In this document: positions 28,228 through 36,494 of the stretch, piece after piece
How positions within the stretch are numbered: position 1 is the stretch's first letter
Layout of the letters: the number at the start of each line of letters is the position of its first letter
Assembly: GCA_044221725.1 (NCBI GenBank)
Contig: JBGAON010000002.1
Span: 64,001 to 128,000 of the forward strand
Length of the DNA stretch: 64,000 bases
Reading direction: 5' to 3'
Source: Elusimicrobiota bacterium
Lineage (GTDB): Bacteria; Elusimicrobiota; Elusimicrobia; F11
Position numbers and translations under genes: made by a program
The notes under the pieces: generated by a model
Databases searched by the model: none
Told to the model about the DNA's origin: nothing
What the model saw: the letters and a program-made list of their open reading frames with translations, nothing else

Positions 28228-31200
28228 ATGAAATTCGGCTCGGTGCGGCGCCACTTCTCTGCGTTCCTTTCTGTTGTTTATTTTTCCACGAATTGCGCAT
28301 TCGCAACGAACGCGGACCGCACAATGTGGGATGAACGTCGCGCTGTTACGGCAAGTTTGAGCCCGAATTTCCAGCCTCTCCGACCCAAATCGGCTGATTC
28401 GATCAGCGCATTCGGCTCCGTTCGAGAAGTTCTTCGGCCCACAAACAAACAACCAATCGCGACGGTGCTCCACATCCAAGATGTTCACATGAATCCCGAA
28501 GCGCAGCGCAATATTTCGGGTGCGATCCAGCTGCTGTCAAAGCAAAACAAAATAGGTGTTATCGCGCTCGAAGGCGCGTTCGCACCCATCGAACTGTCAC
28601 CCTTCCATAATTTTCCGCATCAACCGACGGTACGCGGCGTGGCCGATTATCTGCTGAAGGAAAGAAAAATATCCGGTGTCATGCACGCGATGCTCGGAAA
28701 AGACGGTGCTGTCGTGGGAATCGATGATGAGCCGCATTACCTCGCCAACGTCGCCGCCTACCGCGGATCAATTCCATTGAGAGCTGCCGTCAAACGAGAA
28801 ATTTGGGAGCGCAAGCAAGAGATCGCCATAAAGAAGTCACAAATTTTCAATTCGCAGCTGCTCGCATTTGACGCAAAGACCATGGCGTATCACGATAAGA
28901 AGCTTACGATGGCTGAATATCTGCCGCTGCTGGAAAGCAAATCCGACGAAGACGGACAGCTGAGAATATTTCTCGAAGCACTTCATCTCGAGTCGTCACG
29001 AATCCGAACGGTAAAAAACTATTCGAGATATATGAAGTTGGTCGAAAGCATCGACATCGAGAAGCTTCTCGGGGAAATAAAGTCTGCCGAAGATGCCGCG
29101 TACGCAGCGCTCGCACGAACGTCAGATGAGCGAAAATTGATTTGGGAAACACGGCGGTTGTGTTTGATCGAGAAACTAGTTGAGTTCGCGCTCACGCGGG
29201 ACGAGTGGGATGAATACAAGGCATTGGGGAGGGTAGGGTGGGGTAATAAAATCCCTTCCACTTCTGCTTTCGAAGATTTCTACCGCCAAGCGGAGCTTCG
29301 AGACACAGCAATGGCCAATAATCTTTTTCGTGTACTAAGTACCACGTGCAACGTGCCGCGTACGTCGTTCGCCGTTCTGGTCACCGGCGGTTTCCATTCT
29401 TCGGGAATTGATCAGCGCCTCGTGGATGCTGGCTACGAAGTCATCATTTTCATTCCGAAGATCACAACGATTGACACGGCGAACGGCAGCGCCTACTTAA
29501 GCGTGTTCAGTCAGCAAAAAACACCGCTCGATAAATTGTTCGATGGCGAAAAATTATTTCTGTCGCCGCCGCAGTGGAACAGATCAACGCTGGGCTTGTT
29601 CGCTGTTCTCGTGGCGGCCACGGCGGTTATTAACCATTTTGTCTCAGCAGAATTTTTAAACGGATGGCTCGGCCGAACTCTCGGCTCGTCCGACGTATCG
29701 CTCGCCCAAGTGGGACAGTCGACCGTACAAATTGTTCTCGGCGCAGTGGCTGTTGGCATCACAATCAATTTCCCAAATCCTTACTTGTCTCGGCTGGACG
29801 CACGCGTCATCGCAAAGCCGCCATTTTCTCCCGGTGCCTGGGCATTCTGGTTGCACATTGAAAATGTTTTCCGAGGAATCTTGAGAAAAATCGGGTTCGA
29901 CGTTCGGTATCGAGCGCGATTGACGGTTGCTCAAGCGGAAAAGCGGTTACCGATTTACGGTGCACTGGAAGTTCTTGTAGCGTTTGCTTTGTGGGCGGCG
30001 ACGCCGCTTCAACCATTGGATGTCGCTTACGTGATGGCGTTTGTTCATTTGTTTATGCACACGGTGTTCGGCGTGTTTGTCCCGAACAAAAATGGTTCGT
30101 TTGAAGCGTTGCATGTGCTGAATTTGCGAGGACCGCCAACGTCAAAAATCGGTCGCTTTTTGCTGGGCATTCTTTCAGCGAATCTTGTTGTGTTTTTTTC
30201 CGCGGTGCCCTCTGTACTTCTTTTTGAATCCAATACTTTTTTTAATTTCGCCTCCGCGTTGATCCCTCATCTGGTTCTTCATTCGCTTTTTAATTTTGCG
30301 CTTGTTCAGAGAACAATTGGGTCGAAATCTCATTTTCGTGCAGCGATTGTCTACGTGGTTTCGTTTAGCTGTCTATGGGCCACCGCGGTTTATGTTGCAT
30401 CGTTGGATCAAGGGATTGTCGGAGTGGTTCGCGACTTCAATATTGCTGACGAGAGTTACCTGATGTCGAGCATGGCGCTCGTCATGGCGCTTATTTTTGT
30501 TTTTCGAAAAGAAATACGCCTTCAAAGCGCAACGAGAGTTGAATACGTCCCTGCCCGTCGATTGTTGCGCGAATCCGTTTTGACCGCGTTGCCTGTGTTT
30601 CTCTCTGTTGGCGCGTTAACGGTGAAAATGGCAATAAATCCGATGCATCACATCAACGCCGCCCAGGCCGGAGAGTGGGGATTGTTTTTCTTTCTTGTTG
30701 GTGTTGCGTCGATTCTCCTCGCGCGGAAGCCAACCGAACGTGGTTGGTTAATTAACACCGTTGCGATCAATGGCGCCATTCTTGTTTGGTTTGCGCGAGA
30801 CGTGGCGAGAGCTGTCACGTCGCTCACCATCGGAGCCGGGTTTGGTTTGTGGTCTGTTGCGATCATTTCGTTGATTGTGGGAATCGCTTTTCTCGGAGTG
30901 AAATTTGCTCGGGCTCAAGCGACGATGGTGGCGTACGCCGCCCCGTTCGAGGCGGTCGTTCTTGTTCGTCCAGCAATCGCTCGGGCGCTATTAATTTTGT
31001 TGCCGGTATTGGATTGGACCGTGAAGCAGCTGATCGTCCATACGAGTGTGTTCATTGAGCAACATGGCGATCTCAATGTTCCGCGCGAGATACTCCCGAC
31101 ACAGATCGCGTGGTTTATTGTTTTCGGTCTGTCGTTTCTTTTTCGCGTTCCTCTGTCACTGATATTCGTCATGGCCGGCGCGCTTGGCAATGCGACCGAG

Positions 31201-32493
31201 ATCGCGCTGTGGGGTGGCGCCTTTAATCCGATTCTTTTGTTCGGAAAGTCCGTTAACGTGTCCGACTTGTTGATGTACGTGGGCATCGGACTCGTTGTGA
31301 AGGACGCCATCCAACTATTGGTTTTATTTTTTAGGTCTGATTTAACACCGTTTTTGCTCTCGACATTAAATCCGCGTGGCTCGATTCGAAAAAGATGGTT
31401 CGTTGCCGCGTTTCTGTTGCTTTCAATTCCTTATGTGGGGACCTATTTCGGAGTGATCCCGTTTTTGCATCCCACAATTAAACGTGAAATCGAATTGTCC
31501 AACGCGAACGGGTGGCCCGTTGTTCGCCGATCGATACTTCTGGATGTGTTCCATATGAAAGACCGGGCGGCGGATCGCCAGTCTTACTTCGAGGACGACG
31601 ACAAAAGGCGGTTTGCGCTGGCGACTCTCAATGACATCGCGGTCATTCAGAATTGGCGAGCGCATTGGACCTTGTCCGAAACGGGAAAAGAGTTCACGAT
31701 GATCATGAAGGACGTGCCGACGTTTTTTCAGTCCAGCGGAAACACGTTGGTCATCTACCTACGACAAATAGAATTTTTAAAAGGGGGCGACTTTCAGCCG
31801 CGCGTATTGACGGAAATGCCTTTGCTGTCTCCGGCCGATTTGGAATATTTGCGACCGCATATTTCGGCCACGTTTGAACAACGTTGGAGCCACGATCCGT
31901 CGTTGCGAACCGCGGATTTTAATTCGCTATCGATGTCGGCGGTGCTGGCTCTTGCGCGTGGAGGTTCCTCCGGCGCGCCGGCCATGCCCAGGATTGTGCG
32001 AGACGCGGCGCTCGACTATTTGAAGCAAACAAGAGCCGGCGTGATTAAAAAGATGGGTATTCAAATCGTGGATTTCGCCGTGGTTACGAACATTGATCAT
32101 CCGTCCGAAATTTTTCACTTAAACCAGCGTGAATTTGAGTATATCGGGTTCACGGAGCCGTGGTATGTCGAGCGCTGGTCCGATCCTGAGAATGTCAAGA
32201 AGGACACGTTGAGTGTTTCCGCTAAGTCGATCGCAAACCTGATCGAGCGAATTAATTCTGGACGGTTGTTCGGTGGCCGGCCCCTTGCAGAAGCACTGGA
32301 GAAAGAACTGAATCGCCGACAGAATCAGCAAAAGAAGGTCGACGAACAGACATTTTCTTTAAATCTTTCTTCAATGAAAGCCGACGGCGTTCTGTTCGAT
32401 AATCGAAAACCCGTAAAAACCAATTTCTATCCTACCTCAAGAACATTGCACGGTATTCTCAAAGCCGTCGGTACAGCCCGGAAATCCGCCTAA
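28228..32493 (+). CDS. Large hypothetical multi-pass membrane protein (ChaN/EreA/TraB-like N-terminal domain, LspA-like internal segment)
   Basis: Uninterrupted 1421-aa ORF: signal-like N-terminus; motifs HIQDVH, ALEGA, RDTAMA, VTGGFH; long hydrophobic middle; soluble C-terminus. Confidence 0.75.
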   Translation: MKFGSVRRHFSAFLSVVYFSTNCAFATNADRTMWDERRAVTASLSPNFQPLRPKSADSISAFGSVREVLRPTNKQPIATVLHIQDVHMNPEAQRNISGAIQLLSKQNKIGVIALEGAFAPIELSPFHNFPHQPTVRGVADYLLKERKISGVMHAMLGKDGAVVGIDDEPHYLANVAAYRGSIPLRAAVKREIWERKQEIAIKKSQIFNSQLLAFDAKTMAYHDKKLTMAEYLPLLESKSDEDGQLRIFLEALHLESSRIRTVKNYSRYMKLVESIDIEKLLGEIKSAEDAAYAALARTSDERKLIWETRRLCLIEKLVEFALTRDEWDEYKALGRVGWGNKIPSTSAFEDFYRQAELRDTAMANNLFRVLSTTCNVPRTSFAVLVTGGFHSSGIDQRLVDAGYEVIIFIPKITTIDTANGSAYLSVFSQQKTPLDKLFDGEKLFLSPPQWNRSTLGLFAVLVAATAVINHFVSAEFLNGWLGRTLGSSDVSLAQVGQSTVQIVLGAVAVGITINFPNPYLSRLDARVIAKPPFSPGAWAFWLHIENVFRGILRKIGFDVRYRARLTVAQAEKRLPIYGALEVLVAFALWAATPLQPLDVAYVMAFVHLFMHTVFGVFVPNKNGSFEALHVLNLRGPPTSKIGRFLLGILSANLVVFFSAVPSVLLFESNTFFNFASALIPHLVLHSLFNFALVQRTIGSKSHFRAAIVYVVSFSCLWATAVYVASLDQGIVGVVRDFNIADESYLMSSMALVMALIFVFRKEIRLQSATRVEYVPARRLLRESVLTALPVFLSVGALTVKMAINPMHHINAAQAGEWGLFFFLVGVASILLARKPTERGWLINTVAINGAILVWFARDVARAVTSLTIGAGFGLWSVAIISLIVGIAFLGVKFARAQATMVAYAAPFEAVVLVRPAIARALLILLPVLDWTVKQLIVHTSVFIEQHGDLNVPREILPTQIAWFIVFGLSFLFRVPLSLIFVMAGALGNATEIALWGGAFNPILLFGKSVNVSDLLMYVGIGLVVKDAIQLLVLFFRSDLTPFLLSTLNPRGSIRKRWFVAAFLLLSIPYVGTYFGVIPFLHPTIKREIELSNANGWPVVRRSILLDVFHMKDRAADRQSYFEDDDKRRFALATLNDIAVIQNWRAHWTLSETGKEFTMIMKDVPTFFQSSGNTLVIYLRQIEFLKGGDFQPRVLTEMPLLSPADLEYLRPHISATFEQRWSHDPSLRTADFNSLSMSAVLALARGGSSGAPAMPRIVRDAALDYLKQTRAGVIKKMGIQIVDFAVVTNIDHPSEIFHLNQREFEYIGFTEPWYVERWSDPENVKKDTLSVSAKSIANLIERINSGRLFGGRPLAEALEKELNRRQNQQKKVDEQTFSLNLSSMKADGVLFDNRKPVKTNFYPTSRTLHGILKAVGTARKSA

Positions 32494-32565
32494 GCGAACT
32501 ATTCAAATCGCGTCCCGTATTGCTGTTACAAGACAATTCCAAATGAATTGTCGAAAGGAGGAGCT

Positions 32566-33066
32566 ATGAAGAAGAAAGAATCCATGAACGCGCTAAAACT
32601 TCTTAAGGAAGATCACGACAAAGTGAAGGATTTGTTTGAGCAGTATGAAAAATCAGACGAAAACAAAGAAAAAAAAGAACTCGCTGAAACCGCTATTAAG
32701 GAATTGAAAATCCATTCGACGATTGAAGAAGAGATTTTCTATCCCGAAGTACGTAAAGAAATTGAAGAAAACGACGAAGAAATAATGGATGAGGCCGCCG
32801 AGGAACATCACGTCGCGAAATTTCTTATCGCTGAGTTGTCCGAGTTGGATTCGGATGACAGTACCTACGAAGCAAAATTCACCGTGTTGGCGGAAAACGT
32901 TCGTCACCACATTAAAGAGGAAGAAGGGGAAATGTTTCCGAAGGTTCGAAAGACCGAAATCGATCTCAACGAACTCGGGGAACGCATGATGCAGCGCAAA
33001 CAAGAGCTTATGACCGGCGAAATTCCTGAGACGCAAGAAGAAAAAATGGTTCATGCCGGTCGCTAA
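32566..33066 (+). CDS. Hemerythrin (HHE) domain protein
   Basis: 'LLKEDHDKVKDLF', 'HSTIEEEIFYP', 'EEHH', 'HHIKEEEGEMFP'; AGGAGG RBS. Confidence 0.9.
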   Translation: MKKKESMNALKLLKEDHDKVKDLFEQYEKSDENKEKKELAETAIKELKIHSTIEEEIFYPEVRKEIEENDEEIMDEAAEEHHVAKFLIAELSELDSDDSTYEAKFTVLAENVRHHIKEEEGEMFPKVRKTEIDLNELGERMMQRKQELMTGEIPETQEEKMVHAGR

Positions 33067-33078
33067 CGAGGAGGAAAT

Positions 33079-33570
33079 ATGAAATTTCGAGCAAAAGTTT
33101 TGACGTCGGCCGCAACGGTGTTTCTCGTGACAGCGAGTTTCGCCATGGCACGCCGGCGAGACACCACCACGAATAACAACACGACAACCGAAACGGGAAC
33201 GCGCCAAGACACGATTATGTCTCCGCAAACAAATCCGACACCGTTTACAAACGACAACGGAACCAACGACACGCTCGGTAATCGCGATAACTCGACGACC
33301 GGCACGTCGCCGCGTCCCGGTTCCGATCAGACGGCTCCCGAAATTCAAGATGGAACCCGCGACACAACGAACGGCATGGGAAACGGCACTGGTACCCCCG
33401 GATCTTCCGGCACGCCCAACAATGGCGTTGGCGGCGCAGGCACTGGATCTGGTTCACGAGGAACAGGGGCGAGCGGCGGCACAACGGGTACGGGCAGTGG
33501 CTCGGGCACGGGCGGTTCCACAGGAGCGGGTGGAGCGGGCGCGGGTGGCGGGGGTGGGGGCGGTCTTTAA
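33079..33570 (+). CDS. Secreted low-complexity Thr/Asn/Gly-rich protein
   Basis: GAGGAGG RBS; Sec-type signal peptide ending in ASFA; T/N/D-rich then G/T/S-rich tail. Confidence 0.75.
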   Translation: MKFRAKVLTSAATVFLVTASFAMARRRDTTTNNNTTTETGTRQDTIMSPQTNPTPFTNDNGTNDTLGNRDNSTTGTSPRPGSDQTAPEIQDGTRDTTNGMGNGTGTPGSSGTPNNGVGGAGTGSGSRGTGASGGTTGTGSGSGTGGSTGAGGAGAGGGGGGGL

Positions 33571-33643
33571 TTTCGCTCCACATTCGTCTACTTAGATCCG
33601 TCGAAAAATCCTAAATTGCACCCCGATCTTCCTTCGCGAAGAC

Positions 33644-33717
33644 CGGGGTGTAGCTCAGTTGGCTAGAGCGCTTGCTTTGGGAGCAAGAGGCCGCTGGTTC
33701 AAGTCCAGTCACCCCGA
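33644..33717 (+). tRNA. tRNA-Pro (anticodon TGG), CCA not encoded
   Basis: Acceptor stem CGGGGTG/CACCCCG, D-arm TAGCTCAGTTGGCTAGAGC, anticodon arm CTTGC-TT-TGG-GA-GCAAG, T-arm with GGTTCAAGTCC, discriminator A. Confidence 0.97.
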
Positions 33718-33752
33718 AATTTTTCGAAGAAAAATTTCTGTAAGGAGCTGAT

Positions 33753-34058
33753 ATGTCTCAAATCATCGGTCGTAACGATCCGTGCCATTGTGGTTCGGGA
33801 AAAAAATATAAGAAGTGCCACCTCGAAAAAGACGAAGCGGTCAATCGCAAGGAACGCGAGAAAGCAGCGTTGAACGCCGCGAAAGTCGCTGCTGCCGAAG
33901 CCGCGAAAAACGAAAAAGAGGCGGGGAAGCAATCTGGTTCTCCGTCGCACAAACCCCAGGAGCAAAAGCAAGGCTGGATGGGAAAGATGGCCGGGAAAGT
34001 AGGATTTTTCCGTGGCCTTTCTCAACGCCGCACGCCTTCCGCTAACAAAGGCGGCTAG
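33753..34058 (+). CDS. SEC-C motif (zinc-binding) protein
   Basis: 'GRNDPCHCGSGKKYKKCH' at the N-terminus; AAGGAG RBS. Confidence 0.85.
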   Translation: MSQIIGRNDPCHCGSGKKYKKCHLEKDEAVNRKEREKAALNAAKVAAAEAAKNEKEAGKQSGSPSHKPQEQKQGWMGKMAGKVGFFRGLSQRRTPSANKGG

Positions 34059-34090
34059 TTCTGCCGACCGAAAATATTTTCGGTGTCGCG

Positions 34091-35128
34091 GTGCCCCTTT
34101 GGCTCGTCGCGCTCGGTCTTTACGTTGCGTGGGTTCTCATCGGTTGGGCGATTAAGAAGATTCTTTTTGTATGGCTGCGCGCGCTAACCAGTAAAACCGA
34201 AACCAAAATCGATGACGCCATCATCGATGCTGCTAACTTTCCCATTATGCTGATGATCGGCGTTTGGGGCATCGCCGCGATGCTGCACTACGTGATCCCT
34301 GGGCTTCCGCCGGTGTTGTTAAAACGGATGACGTTGTTATCGAAAATCGTCTCGTTGGGTTCGTCGGTTCTTTTCGTGAATTTGCTTTTGCACAACCTGC
34401 TCGACGTCTATGCAGAAAAAATGGATGTGCTAAGAGGATCAAAGGCGTTTTCGTCCGCTGTGATTCACGTTTTGGTGCTGAGCATCGGAACGCTTGTTGT
34501 ATTGGACAGTATCGGCGTGTCGATTACGCCAATCATTGCGTCGCTCGGCATCGGCTCGTTGGCCGTCGCTCTCGCGCTGCAGCCCACCTTTGAAAATATT
34601 TTTTCAGGTTTACAGATCCTTATCGATCAGCCGATTCTCCCCGGCCACTTTGTTCGGCTGGACACCGGAGAAGAGGGCTTCGTGGAAAAGATCGGTTGGC
34701 GTTCCAGTTGGGTGCGCCAGTTGCCAAACAACATGGTTATCATTCCCAACAAAGCGCTCGTAAACGCACGCATCATCAATTTCAACTACCCGTCGCCGGA
34801 ACAAGCGTTGACCGTTGAGGTTGGCGTTCACTACAATTCCGACCTTGAATTTGTTGAGCGCGTGACCGTTGACGTCGCGAAGCACGTCTTAAAAAATACC
34901 GTGGGCGCGGTGAGTGATTTTGAGCCACTGGTCCGGTTTCACACGTTCGGCTCCTCGAGTGTCAACTTTACGGTGGTCTTGCGCGTAAAAGCTTTTGTGG
35001 ATGCGGGACTTGTCCGTCACGAGTTTTGCAAGGCGCTCCTCAAACGTTTTTCAGCCGAAAAAATCGTTTTACCCTACCCGATAACAGCGCTGAACACGAG
35101 TCAGGAAAAAGTGGTGTTAACCAAGTAA
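34091..35128 (+). CDS. mscS: Small-conductance mechanosensitive channel (MscS family)
   Basis: 'ASLGIGSLAVALALQPTFENIFSG', 'G.VEKIGWRS', 'IIPN', 'VGVHYNSDL'; exact start uncertain. Confidence 0.9.
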   Translation: MPLWLVALGLYVAWVLIGWAIKKILFVWLRALTSKTETKIDDAIIDAANFPIMLMIGVWGIAAMLHYVIPGLPPVLLKRMTLLSKIVSLGSSVLFVNLLLHNLLDVYAEKMDVLRGSKAFSSAVIHVLVLSIGTLVVLDSIGVSITPIIASLGIGSLAVALALQPTFENIFSGLQILIDQPILPGHFVRLDTGEEGFVEKIGWRSSWVRQLPNNMVIIPNKALVNARIINFNYPSPEQALTVEVGVHYNSDLEFVERVTVDVAKHVLKNTVGAVSDFEPLVRFHTFGSSSVNFTVVLRVKAFVDAGLVRHEFCKALLKRFSAEKIVLPYPITALNTSQEKVVLTK

Positions 35129-35165
35129 TTTCCGTCTCAAAGTCGTACTATTGGCGTACCGATTT

Positions 35166-36494
35166 ATGAAGAAAGCACCCCATGTCATATGGGTCTGCCC
35201 CACAAGCCGTTTCTTCTATCGTTCGAAAGGGGAAGTGAAGGCAAGACCGGGATCTGTGATTCCGAAGTTGGTAGAGGAAGGAATCAAGCTTGACATAGTT
35301 ATACCGAACGATCCCACGCTTCTTCCAAAAACGAAACTCTCCTCTTCTCGCACCGTCCGCCACACGATTCGTCTTGCTCAAGAATACAATGTTGATGTCA
35401 TTAAGCTCACGCGCGGCTCGGTTTCACCGGGAATTTACATGGTGGCAATGCCGTCTCTCGAGCCTGCGCTGGAAAATGCGCTTTACAACAAAGCCGCGAT
35501 AGCGGTGGCCGAACAACTGAAACGACCGGTTGATATTTTTCACATATTCGATTGGGAAGGCGGGCTTCTGCCCCTGTTTCTTGAGCTACAAAAAAACGGC
35601 AGTCGCATTTTCAAAAACACGCGCACATTTTTAAACGTGGACTCGTTCCGCGAACACGGAGGCTTTGCTCCGACCGTTCTGAGTTATTTGGGCGTGCCGA
35701 GTGATTTGTTTCATCCGGAAGGATTGGAGTTCTTTGGGCGCGTAAGTTTTTTAAAAGCAGGCCTTCTGTTTGCCGATGGAATTGGCCTGGTTGAAAACCA
35801 TCTTATGCCACGAGGCCTGATTTCGCGAAATGGTCATGGTTTCGAAGGCGTGCTCGAAACCTTGGCTTTCAAATTGCGGCGCTGGGCGTCCGATCGGTCG
35901 CTGCGCTCTCATCTGGAAGCGTATAAAGAATTGTTGGCGAACCCGCCCGCTGGTTCCGTATTGCCGCGCATTTTGAAGAAAGTTCACACCGGGTCCGGCG
36001 AGCTGAAGCGTTTTATCGAAAGTTGGGGGCCGCCTCCACCGGATCGCACCAACACAAACGCGCTCAGCTTTTTAGTCCAATCCCCCACGAAAGCGTACGC
36101 GTTCTGGGAATGGACCAAGCACGACTATGTGGATTACGGATTGTCGCTTGAGAATTGCTCCAATAACTCAAAAAAAATGTTGGCGCGCGGTCTGCAGGCA
36201 ATGGGGGATTTTTGGATTGACGTAAACCCTGCGACCGAATACGTGATCGAGTTGATTGGATTTTCAAAAAACGGAAAAGCGTTTCCTTTGCTGCGCTCGC
36301 AACTCGTGCGAACACCGCGAAATGCGCCGAGCCCGAATCGGCGTGCGGTGTTCGTTGATGTTCGCAGCAAGCAGCGGTTTGAAATAAATGGAAACGGCGT
36401 GTTCGCGAGCGGTCGGTGGGGAACGGGCGGTACGAGCGCCCTGGAATGGAACACTACCGGCCTTCCGTCATCTTATCAAGAGGCTTCGAGATGA
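35166..36494 (+). CDS. Degenerate glycogen-synthase (GT5) N-terminal-like domain fused to a DUF4912-like domain
   Basis: GlgA-like 'DIFHIFDWEGGLLP', 'LEFFGRVSFLKAGLLFAD', 'GHGFEGVL'; C-terminal 'LVQSPTKAYAFWE' and 'LLRSQLVRTPRNAPS' resemble DUF4912. Confidence 0.65.
   Translation: MKKAPHVIWVCPTSRFFYRSKGEVKARPGSVIPKLVEEGIKLDIVIPNDPTLLPKTKLSSSRTVRHTIRLAQEYNVDVIKLTRGSVSPGIYMVAMPSLEPALENALYNKAAIAVAEQLKRPVDIFHIFDWEGGLLPLFLELQKNGSRIFKNTRTFLNVDSFREHGGFAPTVLSYLGVPSDLFHPEGLEFFGRVSFLKAGLLFADGIGLVENHLMPRGLISRNGHGFEGVLETLAFKLRRWASDRSLRSHLEAYKELLANPPAGSVLPRILKKVHTGSGELKRFIESWGPPPPDRTNTNALSFLVQSPTKAYAFWEWTKHDYVDYGLSLENCSNNSKKMLARGLQAMGDFWIDVNPATEYVIELIGFSKNGKAFPLLRSQLVRTPRNAPSPNRRAVFVDVRSKQRFEINGNGVFASGRWGTGGTSALEWNTTGLPSSYQEASR

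Noticed and set aside
33160..33570. Repeat array or CRISPR-like region
   Set aside because: Low-complexity codons of a Gly/Thr-rich ORF; no constant repeat-spacer periodicity and no cas genes.
28228..33717. Genomic island or prophage integrated at tRNA-Pro
   Set aside because: No integrase, transposase or phage genes. The accessory genes lie on the 5' side of the tRNA, and the only copy of the tRNA 3' end I found is 8 bp in its own leader, not a distal att site.
34067..34084. Perfect 18-bp palindrome ACCGAAAATATTTTCGGT before mscS
   Set aside because: It may lie inside the true mscS N-terminus (the frame stays open upstream) and has no loop or promoter context, so I cannot support it as an operator or terminator.
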